Source: Antedon mediterranea
Lineage: Eukaryota; Animalia; Echinodermata
Length of the DNA: 64,000 nt
Direction: 5' to 3'
NCBI RefSeq assembly: GCF_964355755.1
Contig: NC_092673.1
Coordinates: 10,292,001-10,356,000, forward strand
Shown here: one piece after another, positions 49,397 through 60,783 of the stretch
How the letters are laid out: every line of letters begins with the position of its first letter
Numbering within the stretch: the first letter of the stretch is position 1
Notes under the pieces: model-generated
Database searches by the model: none
Seen by the model: only the letters and a program-made list of their open reading frames with translations
Told to the model about the DNA's origin: nothing
Position numbers and translations under genes: made by a program

Positions 49397-52300
49397 TCAT
49401 CTTTTGCTGTGTAGTTCCATGCCTTTCCGCAGAATCGGTGTGCGTCGCAACACAAAGCGTTTGTACATCTTAAGATGAATAATCTCCTCTCCCCGTTTTC
49501 GAGATCTACGCTTCGAAAGACCGGTTCGTTTTTTTCTAACCTGTCTCTTCTTCGGCGGTCGACACCTTCACCATGGAACAGCAACTGCCACTGAACACAT
49601 TCCACCCTCCGCAGAGCTGCAGCTCCTTCCGGGGCAGTTGCGTCGGAATCTTTTCCAAAGTATCTTTGATCTCCTTCAACCGATGCAATATGCTCGTTCG
49701 GCAGTCCCCTGCTTCCGCGTTCCAAACGATTACGCTCAAAACGTTGCTTTTGTCGAGTTCGCAAAATTGTTTCAGCTCTCGGATCAAGTGCTCAACTTCC
49801 ACGGTCGGATGGATGCACGAATGCAACAGCGGATGATAGGAAACGCCTCCGTGTTTCAGGTGGTAAGGCGTCTGTCTGTAGCATCCGAGGGCGGCGCAAC
49901 TCTTTTTGAATCTGTGAGAGTTCGTCTCGTTTTTGCCCTTTCGAACAACGTCCCGGACCTCGATCGCTTCGTCGTCCTTCAGTTCGTTGACGACTCGACA
50001 AAATTCTTTTACGCAACGGTCGGCCGCCGTATTGCTATCTCCGATCCTCAGGGCTATGTCGATCATGTTCTGTTCCCGTCGAGACGCGAATCTTTCGACG
50101 CCGGGCCTCGTCATCTCTGTGGTGCTCACCCTCCCGTCTGCATGGAGACACGCATACCTTTTCTTCTTGTCCGTCAGCAGCAAGCCGCAAAGCGTCTCCC
50201 TGTGTTTGAACCTTTGAAAGCTTCCTTCGCCCAAGACTCGGGCGAATTGCTCTTCCAGCTCCTGTCTCCCGCCTGGAACTATGTCCAAAAACAACGAGTC
50301 GGTGTCGCCGTACAGAACCCGAGCACCGTTTTCTTCCGCGCAATTTTTTAGCGCATTCAGTTGTTCCCTGCACTTTTCCGTCACGTGGTTGTAAAGGCTT
50401 TTCTTGCCAGACGTGCACAGACATCCGACGCTTGTTTGTACGCGGCGGAGTTCTGGGGAGTGATGTTTTTTTCTTCTCTAGCCGACACCAGTCTTTTCAT
50501 GACGGACGGAAGCAGACCTTCGCGTACTTCGGCGTCGACGAAAGAGCCGTCTTCGAGAGCCGTCGACTCGTCCACGTTTTTGTCGATGATGAACCTCGGA
50601 TAGCAAGACTGAAAGTCGTACAAGTCGACGTCTCTGTGAATGCCGGACACGGTGTCCAGCACCAGGCCTCCTCTGCACGTTTCGTCTTCGTTGACGCTTC
50701 CTTTGGGCTTCGGGTCCGCATTGCTCCTCGGAAACACCACACGCTGACGCTGCGCTTCTCTGCACAGCACCGACGAAAGGACACCGGTCGACGATCCGTT
50801 GGGGAACCTTCCCACTATTCTGGACAAGTTCGTCTCGATTTCGATCAATTTTTTCGCTTCCACCTCCGACACGTAGCGTTCCAGCACGCAAACGTCGTCG
50901 TCTAGCTTCTTCGCCGACAAGCTCGCCGCTAGCTCGTGACAAGATTCGTAACCGACGTAATCGTAGACGGAGTCGTTGTCGCCGCCCGCCGGCGACCGTA
51001 CGTGTTTTGAAGTGTCCAAGCACACGGGGAACCCGTCTACGGCAAGGGGTACCTCGCACAGCCAACATCTGGCGACGATGCTGTCCTTGACCCGACCACC
51101 GTGATACACGAACACGTCGGCAGATTCGATCGACTTTGCGATTTCCGACAGCGTGTCGCATTTTCGCCGTGCAGTCTCTTTCCGTCGGACAGCATTGCCG
51201 AAATTATTCGACCGTTCACGTCCCACCTGAAAACTACGCACAACACCGACAGTCGCACCGGGTGAACGTTCTGTCGTTCCAAGTGGATCTGCTCGTCGTA
51301 CGTCAAGCCTTCGACGTTGCCGTCTTTGTCTTCGGAGTAACTGTGCCAAGCGCATCCGTGAACCCCGACCGCGCACTGAGCGTCCAGGTCGCCCACGGAC
51401 GAGGGGAAGTTGCCGAAGAGGTTGTCTACCTTGATGCCGTTCCTTTCGTCGGTCGTGAGCCTCCTGTACTTCTTGGCGCAAGAAATTGGATCGTCACCTC
51501 TGCGCATGATGCATTCTCCGTCCGTTTCGTCTTCGACGTACGACGTGAATTTCACTTTCCTCGTCTTCAACGACAGCCTGTTTCCCTCCGGATCTCTGCC
51601 GTAGAGGTACAACTTTCCGTTTATCTTGGAATACTTGACACGTGTCAGATACACGAACATTGCCTTTTGATCGGACAAAATTTCGAAGTCTGGAACTTCG
51701 ACAGACTGTTTTTTCTTTTTGTATTTCTTTTTCTCCAAAGTCGATGCGAGTTCGTGTTGACCGGTTGCTTTTAGAGACTCGACGAAAGCTTTGTAACCGG
51801 ACTCGTCTTGATGCTTCCAAACGTTGTTGAGGAAAAAGTAAACGTTTCTCTCTCTGTCACCGTCGAGGAGGAAATTTGCGTATTCGGGTTCGTAAATTCT
51901 TCTGACGACCATTTGTTTGACGGTGGCCTCCAGATTTATCGTTTCAGCGAACCGGTTGATGCGTTTCAGAAGAACGTTCCTCTCTCGCAATCGTTTCTTG
52001 TATGTTTGATCGATTTCGTAGTGCGAAAGACGGACCATCGCCGACTTGAAGGAAGAAAAAGGATGATCTTTCTCGAACGGCGTGTTCAAAGTTGTTTTCG
52101 CTCCTTTTCTCAAAGCGGCAACAAGATCGTGGTGGCCGGCGCATTTAAGAGAATCCACGAAAGCTCCGTGAGCGTGCAATTTCGGATACCTTCGAATGTC
52201 GTCGATGAGATAATACGCCATTCGATTCTCTTTAACCCCTTTCTCTCTGTCCATACACAGTACAAAGTTCTCGAAATCCCGCGAGTATATTTCTCTGACG

Positions 52301-52398
52301 ACCAATGCTTCGAGTACCGCCGACAGGATCATGGACGTGGCGAGGAGTTTGCGATGTTTCGTCAGCAACGGTTCGCCTTCAAAGTAACTTTCTTCCAT
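49397..52398 (-). pseudogene. Tandem-CARD / family-B DNA polymerase fusion, copy 2 (~1000 aa reconstructed)
   Basis: ORF 51037-52398 reads from the CARD-like repeats into the polymerase N-terminal/exonuclease-fold region without a stop. 7-bp deletion at ~51157, shared motif-B frameshift at ~50427, 2-bp deletion at ~49545. Confidence 0.87.
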
Positions 52399-52509
52399 TC
52401 CTTCAGCACAGAGGAGACAAGGTTATGTCGATGTTGAAAGCCACGAATGAAAATAAAGAAAATTATATATTATATACCAAAACATGATAAAAAAAAATTA
52501 TAATATGTC

Positions 52510-55500
52510 AGATATTTTGAGGGTTGTAAATGTCAGGCCTAAACAAGTGGACCTTTTTTAAAATCAGAAAAAAAGTTGCATGGCATTATTTTTCATTGAT
52601 TGATCATTCATTTCATATATATAGACTATTATCAGCTCCTCAGTCATCTACTGGTTTGTGGCGTAACGGGTAATGCGCAGGTTTTAGTGATTTCAATAGT
52701 GGGTTCGAACTTCTAGGGATATTTTTTTTCTTTTTTTTTTTATTTGAAAATAAATATTGTTTTTGAAAGTGAGATATTTTTATGGTTTTAAATGTCAAGC
52801 CTAACCAAGTGGAAATTTTTTTAAATCAGAAACAAAGTTGCATAACATCATTTTACATTGATAGATCATTCATTTCATATAAATAGACTATTATCAGCTC
52901 TTCACTCATCTACTGCTTTGTGGCGTAACCGGTAATGCTCAGGTTTGAGTTCTCTCAGTAGTGGGTTCGAACCTCTAGGAATATTTTTTTCTTTTTTTTT
53001 TGTTTGAAAATAAATATTGTTTTTGAAAGTGAGATATTTTTATGGTTTTAAATGTCAAACCTAACCAAGTGCACCTTTTTTTAACTCAGAAACAAAGTTG
53101 GATGGCATTATTTTTCATTGATTGATCATTCATTTCATATAAATAGACTATTATCAGCTCTTCACTCATCTACTGGTTTGTGGCGTAACGGATAATGCTC
53201 AGGTTTGAGTGTTCTCAGTAGTGGGTTCGAACCTCTAGGGATTTTTTTTTTTTAAATTGAAAATAAATATTTTTTTTGAAAGTGAGATATTTTGAGGGTT
53301 GTAAATATCAGACCTAAACAAGTGGACCTTTTTTAAAATCAGAAACAAAGTTGCATGGCATTATTTTTCATTGATTGATCATTCATTTCATATAAATAGA
53401 GTATTATCAGCCCTTCAGTCATCTACTGGTTTGTGGCGTAACGGGTAATACTCAAGTTTGAGTGCTCTCACTGGTGGGTTCGAACCTCTACGGATATTTT
53501 GTTTCTTTTTTTTTTGTTTTAATTTAAAATAAATATTGTTTTTAAAAGTGAGATATTTTGAGGGTTGTAAATGTCAAGCCAAACCAAGTGGACCTTTTTT
53601 TAAATCAGAAACAAAGTTGCATAACATCATTTTACATTGATGGATCATTCATTTCATATAAATAGACTATTATCAGCTCTTCACTCATCTACTGGTTTGT
53701 GGCGTAACCGGTAGTGCTCAGGTTTGAGTTCTCGCAGTAGTGGGTTCGAACCTCTACGAATATTTTTTTTCTTTCTTTTTTTTTAATTGAAAATAAATAT
53801 TGTTTTTGAAAGTGAGATATTTTTATGGTTTTAAATGTCAAGCCTAACCAAGTGGACCTTTTTTTACATCAGAAACAAAGTTGCCTAACATAATTTTACA
53901 TTGATGGATCATTTATTCCATATAAATAGACTATTATCAGCTCTTCACTCATCTACTGGTTTGTGGCGTAACCGGTAGTGCTCAGGTTTGAGTTCTCGCA
54001 GTAGTGGGTTCGAACCTCTACGAATATTTTTTTTTTTTTTGTTTGAAAATAAATATTGTTTTTGAAAGTGAGATATTTTGAGGGTTGCAACTGTCAGGCC
54101 TAAACAAGTGAACATTTTTTGAAAACAGAAACAAAGTTGCATGGCATTATTTTTCATTGATTGATCATCCATTTCATATAAATAGACTATTATCAGCTCT
54201 TCAGTCATAATTATATTGGTTTGCGGCGTAACGGGTAATGCTCAGGTTTGAGTGATTTCAATAGTGGGTTCGAACCTCTAGGGATATTTTTTTTCTTTCT
54301 TTTTTTTAAATTGAAAATAAATATTGTTTTTGAAAGTGAGATATTTTGAGGGTTGTAAATGTCAAGCCAAACCAAGTGGACCTTTTTTTAAATCAGAAAC
54401 AAAGTTGCATAACATCATTTTACATTGATGGATCATTAATTTCATATAAATAGACTATTATCAGCTCTTCACTCATCTACTGGTTTGTGGCGTAACCGGT
54501 AGTGCTCAGGTTTGAGTTCTCGCAGTAGTGGGTTCGAACCTCTACAAATATTTTTTTTCTTTTTTTTTTTTAATTGAAAATAAATATTGTTTTTGAAAGT
54601 GAGATATTTTGAGGGTTGTAAATATCAGGCCTAAACAAGTGGACCTTTTTTAAAATCAGGAACAAAGTTGCATGGCATTATTTTTATTGATTGATCATTC
54701 ATTTCATATAAATAGAGTATTATCAGCTCTTCAGTCATCTACTGGTTTGAGGCGTAACGGGTAATGCTCAAGTTTGAGTGCTCTAGGGATATTGCTTTTT
54801 TATTGTTTGAAAATAAATATTGTTTTTGAAAGTGAGATTTTGTTATGGTTTTAAATGTCAAGCCTAGCCAAGTGGACCTTTTTTAAAATCAGAAACAAAG
54901 TTGTATAACATCATTTTACATTGATGGATCATCCATTTCATATAAATAGACTATTATCAGCTCTTCACTCATCTACTGGTTTGTGGCGTAACCGGTAGTG
55001 CTCAGGTTTGAGTTCTCGCAGTAGTGGGTTCGAACATCTACGAATATTTTTATTCTTTCTTTTTTTTTAATTGAAAATAAATATTGTTTTTGAAAGTGAG
55101 ATATTTTGAGTGTTGTAAATGTCAAGCTTAAACAAGTGGACCTTTTTTAAAATCAGAAACAAAGTTGCATGGCATTATTTTTCATTGATTGATCATTCAT
55201 TTCATATAAATAGACTATTATCAGCTCCTCAGTCATCTACTGGTTTGTGGCGTAACGAGTAATGCTCAGGTTTGAGTGCTCTCAATAGTGGGTTCGAACC
55301 TATACGGGTATTTTTTTTCTTTTTTTTTTAATTGAAAATAAATATTGTTTTTGAAAGTGAGATATTTTGTGGGTTGCAACTGTCAGGCCTAAACAAGAGA
55401 ACCTTTTTTTAAATCAGAAACAAAGTTGCATGGCATTATTTTTCATTGATTGATCATCCATTTCATATAAATAGACTATTATCAGCTCTTCAGTCATATA

Positions 55501-58500
55501 CTGGTTTGCGGCGTAACGGGTAATGCTCAGGTTTGCGTGATTTCAATAGTGGGTTCGAACTTCTAGGGACATATTTTTTCTTTTTTTTTTATTTGAAAAT
55601 AAATATTGTTTTTGAAAGTGAGATATTTTTATGGTTTTAAATGTCAAGCCTAACCAAGTGGACCTTTTTTAAAATCAGAAACAAAGTTGCATAACATCAT
55701 TTTACATTGATGGATCATTCATTTCATATAAATAGACTATTATGAGCTCTTCACTCATCTACTGGTTTGTGGCGTAACCGGTAGTGCTCAGGTTTGAGTT
55801 CTCGCAGTAGTGGGTTCGAACCTCTACGAATATTTTTTTCTTTTTTTTTTTTTTTGAAAATAAATATTGTTTTTGAAAGTGAGATATTTTTATGGTTTTA
55901 AATGTCAAGCCTAACCAAGTGGACCTTTTTTTAAATCAGAAAAAAAGTTGCATAACATCATTTTACATTGATGGATCATTTATTTCATATAAATAGACTA
56001 TTATCAGCTCTTCACTCATCTACTGGTTTGTGGCGTAACCGGTAGTGCTCAGGTTTGAGTTCTCGCAGTAGTGGGTTCAAACCTCTACGAATATTTTTTT
56101 TCTTTCTTTTTTTTTAATTGAAAATAAATATTGTTTTTGAAAGTGAGGTATTTTGAGTGTTGTAAATGTCAGGCCTAAACAAGTGGACCTTTTTTTAAAT
56201 CAGAAACAAAGTTGCATGGCATTGTTTTTCATTGATTGATCATTCATTTCATATAAATAGACTATTGTCAGCTCCTCAGTCATCTACTGGTTTTGTGGCG
56301 TAACCGGTAGTGCTCAGGTTTGAGTTCTCGCAGTAGTGGGTTCGAACCTCTACGAATATTTTTTTTCTTTCTTTTTTTTTAATTGAAAATAAATATTGTT
56401 TTTGAAAGTGAGGTATTTTGAGTGTTTTAAATGTCAGGCCTAAACAAGTGGACCTTTTTTTAAATCAGAAACAAAGTTGCATGGCATTGTTTTTCATTGA
56501 TTGATCATTCATTTCATATAAATAGACTATTATCAGCTCCTCAGTCATCTACTGGTTTTGTGGCGTAACCGGTAGTGCTCAGGTTTGAGTTCTCGCAGTA
56601 GTGGGTTCGAACCTCTACGAACATTTTTTTCTTTTTTTTTGGTTTGAAAATAAATATTTTTTTTGAAAGTGAGATATTTTGAGGGTTGTAAATATCAGGC
56701 CTAAACAAGTGGACCTTTTTTAAAATCAGAAACAAATTTGCATGGCATTATTTTTCATTGATTTATTATTTATTTCATATAAATAGACTATTATCAGCTC
56801 TTCAGTCATATACTGGTTTGCGGCGTAACGGGTAATGCTCAGGTTTGAGTGATTTCAAAATATTTTGAGTGTTGTAAATGTCAGGCCTAAACAAGTGGAC
56901 CTTTTTTTTAATCAGAAACAAAGTTGCATAACATCATTTTACATTGATGGATCATTCATTTCATATAAATAGACTATTATCAGCTCTTCACTCATCTACT
57001 GGTTTGTGGCGTAACCGGTAGTGCTCAGGTTTGAGTTCTCGCAGTAGTGGGTTCGAACCTCTACGAATATTTTTTTTCTTTTTTTTTTTAATTGAAAATA
57101 AATGTTGTTTTTGAAAGTGAGATATTTTTATGGTTTTAAATGTCAAGCCTAACCAAGTGGACCTTTTTTTACATCAGAAACAAAGTTGCCTAACATAATT
57201 TTACATTGATGGATCATTTATTCCATATAAATAGACTATTATCAGCTCCTCAGTCATCTACTGGTTTGTGGCGTAACGGGTAATGCTCAAGTTTGAGTGC
57301 TCTCACTAGTGGGTTCGAACCGCTACGGATATTTTGTTTCTTTTTTTTTTTTTAATTTAAAATAAATATTGTTTTTGAAAGTGAGATATTTTGAGGGTTG
57401 TAAATGTCAGGCCTAAACAAGTGAACCTTTTTTAAAATCAGAAACAAAGTTGCATGGCATTATTTTTCATTGATTGATCATTAATTTCATATAAATAGAC
57501 TATTATCAGCTCTTCAGTTATCTACTGGTTTGTGGCGTAACGGGGAATACCCAGGTTTGAGTGCTCTCATTAGCGGGTTCCAACCTCTAGGGATATTGCT
57601 TTTTTATTGTTTGAAAATAAATATTGTTTTTGAAAGTGAGATTTTTTTATGGTTTTAACTGTCAAGCCTAACCAAGTGGACCTTTTTTAAAATTAGAAAC
57701 CAAGTTGCATAACATCATTTTACATTGATGGATCATCCATTTCATATAAATAGACTATTATCAGCTATTCACTCATCTACTGGTTTGTGGCGTAACCGGT
57801 AGTGCTCAGGTTTGAGTTCTCGCAGTAGTGGGTTCGAACATCTTCGAATATTTTTATTCTTTCTTTTTTTTTAATTGAAAATAAATATTGTTTTTGAAAG
57901 TGAGATATTTTGAGTGTTGTAAATGTCAGGCCTAAACAAGTGGACCTTTTTTAAAATCAGAAACAAAGTTGCATGGCATTATTTTTCATTGATTGAATAT
58001 TTATTTCATATAAATAGACTATTATCAGCTCCTCAGTCATCTACTGGTTTGTGGCGTAACGGATAATGCTCAGGTTTGAGTGCTCTCAGTAGTGGGTTCG
58101 AACCTCTAGGGATTTTTTTTCTTTTTTTTTTAATTGAAAATAAATATTGTTTTTGAAAGTGAGATATTTTGAGGGTTGCAACTGTCAGGCCTAAACAAGT
58201 GAACCTTTTTTGAAATCAGAAACAAAGTTGCATGGCATTATTTTTCATTGATTGATCATCCATTTCATATAAAGAGACTATTATCAGCTCTTCAGTCATA
58301 TACTGGTTTGCGGCGTAACGGGTAATGCTCAGGTTTGAGTGATTTCTATAGTGGGTTCGAACTTCTATGGATATTTTTTTTCTTTTTTTTTTTATTTGAA
58401 AATAAATATTGTTTTTGAAAGTGAGATTTTTTTATGGTTTTAAATGTCAAGCCTAACCAAGTGGACCTTTTTTAAAATCAGAAACAAAGTTGCATAACAT

Positions 58501-59060
58501 CATTTTACATTGATGGATCATTCATTTCATATAAATAGACTATTATCAGCTCTTTACTCATCTACTGGTTTGTGGCGTAACCGGTAGTGCTCAGGTTTGA
58601 GTTCTCGTAGTAGTGGGTTCGAACATCTACGAATATTTTTATTCTTTCCTTTTTTTTAATTGAAAATAAATATTGTTTTTGAAAGTGAGATATTTTGAGT
58701 GTTGTAAATGTCAGGTCTAAACAAGTGGACCTTTTTTAAAATCAGAAACAAAGTTGCATGGCATTATTTTTTATTGATTGAATATTCATTTCATATAAAT
58801 AGACTATTATCAGCTCCTCAGTCATCTACTGGTTTGTGGCGTAACGGATAATGCTCAGGTTTGAGTGCTCTCAGTAGTGGGTTCGAACCTCTAGGGATTT
58901 TTTTTTTAAATTGAAAATAAATATTGTTTTTGAAAGTGAGATACTTTTAGGGTTGTAAATATCAGGCCTAAACAAGTGGACCTTTTTAAAAATCTGAAAC
59001 AAAGTTGCATGGCATTATTTTTCATTGATTGATCATTCTTTTCATATAAATAGACTATTA
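52510..59060 (+). repeat. ~260-bp tRNA-derived satellite, array 3 (about 25 monomers)
   Basis: Same monomer, with some internally deleted units (~54780, ~56860). Confidence 0.95.
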
Positions 59061-60783
59061 AAATAAAAGGGTCTAATTTTGGACATTTTTTGAAAATTTC
59101 CCAGAGGGGGACCATAAGATTTTTTTTCGAAAAATGGCGAAAATTTACACTTTTTAAAATTCGAAAATTCAATAATTATGCTATAATATTGCCATTTTTC
59201 CAAATATATTGTTCTAACATCATCTTATAGAGCCATAGTAACTAGTTATGTCAAAAAATAAAAGGGTCGAAATTGGGCTTTTTTTCCTAAATTTTCCTCC
59301 GGGGACCACAGGAACTTTTTCGCTAAATGACGAAAATTTCCACCTTTTAAAATTCAATAATTAGACTATAATATTGCCATTTATGCACATATATTGTGTA
59401 AACATCAACTTATAGAGCCATAATAAATAGTTATGTCAAAAAATAAAAGGTTTGAAATTTCGCCATTTTTTGCGACAATTTCCCTGCGGGGGACCATACG
59501 ATTTTTTTCAAAAACGACCAAAATGTCCACCTTTTTAAATTCTATAATTAGGCTATAATATTGCCATTTATGCACATATATTGTGTTAACATCATCTTAT
59601 ACAGCCGGCCATAGTAACTCGTTATGTCAAAAAACAAGGCCAACAACAATAAGTTGCGTGCTTTCAGAAATAAATGAACTTTCAAAAAGTAATGTACTTT
59701 AAAACTTTTCTGTACATCAAAACAGTTCAAAAGTACAGAGAAGCGATAAAACGCAAAGTGATACCGGACCGACAGACAGACCGACAGACCGACCGACATA
59801 GTGAACTGTAGAGTCGCGTCCACGCGACTAATAAAAGGTTTGAAGTTTGGCCATTTTTGCGAAAATTTCCCTACGGGGGAACCATAGGAATTTTTTCGAT
59901 AAATGGCAAAAATTTCCAATTTCAAAATTCTATAATTAGGCTATAATATTGCTATTTATGCGCATATATTGTTTTAACATCATCTTATAGAGCCATACTA
60001 ACTAGTTATGTCAAGAAATAAAATGGTCAAAATTTGGACATTTGGCCAATAAGATTTTTTTTTCGAAAAATGTTCAAAATTTCCATTGTTTAAAATTCAA
60101 CAATTATGCTATAATATTGCCATTTATGCAAATAATTATATTGTGCTAACATCATCTTATAGAGCTATAGTAACTAGTTATGTCAAAAAATAAAAGGATC
60201 AAAATTTGGCCATTTTTCGAAAATTTCCCTGGGGGGACCATAGGAATTTTTTTCGAAAAATGACTAAAATTTCCACTTCTTAAAATTCAAAAATTATGCT
60301 ACAATATTGCCATTTATGCACATATATTGTGCTGACATCATCTTATAGAGCCATAGCAACTACTTATCTCAAAATATAAAAGGGTCGAAAATGGCAAAAA
60401 CTTTACACTTTTTAAAATTAAATAATTATGCTATAATTTTCCCATTTATGGACATATATTGTGTTAACATCATCTTATAGAGCCATCGTAACTAGTTATG
60501 TTAAAAAAGAAAAGGTTCAAAATTTTGCCAATTTTCGAAAATTTCCCTCTGGGGGACTGACTATAAGAAGTTTTTTGAAAAAGGGCCAAAATTTCCAATT
60601 TTTAAAATTCTATAATTATGATATAATATTGCCATTTATGCAAATATACTGTGTTAACATCATCTTTAGAGCCATAGTAACTAGTTATGTCAAAAAATAA
60701 AAGGGTCGAAAATTTGCCATTTTTCGAAAAATTTTCCTACTGAGGACCACAAGATTTTTTTCTCGAAAAATGGCGAAAATTTA
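59061..60783. repeat. Second satellite, ~187-bp diverged monomers
   Basis: CTATAATATTGCCATTTATGC...AACATCATCTTATAGAGCCATAGTAACTAGTTATGTC recurs at about 59181, 59366, 59553, 59941, 60109, 60299, 60431 and 60620. Confidence 0.9.
59633..59831 (-). mobile_element. Short HINE/DINE-1-like element of a second family
   Basis: Minus strand starts TTAGTCGCGTGGACGCGACT (palindrome), then a (GTCG/GTCT)n microsatellite, and ends GCACGCAACTT...GGCCTTGTT. Inserted in an A/T run of the 187-bp satellite. Confidence 0.75.

Larger units (their letters stand above)
45738..52509. mobile_element. Endogenous large-DNA-virus-like gene block, copy 2 (uninterrupted, ~6.8 kb)
   Basis: Duplicate of 28673-39889 without the 4.4-kb insertion. 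Confidence 0.65.

Noticed and set aside
28673-52509. Polinton/Maverick or adintovirus
   Set aside because: The polymerase has RNA-primed (alpha-like) motifs rather than protein-primed ones. No integrase, capsid, protease, ATPase or long TIRs were recognised.
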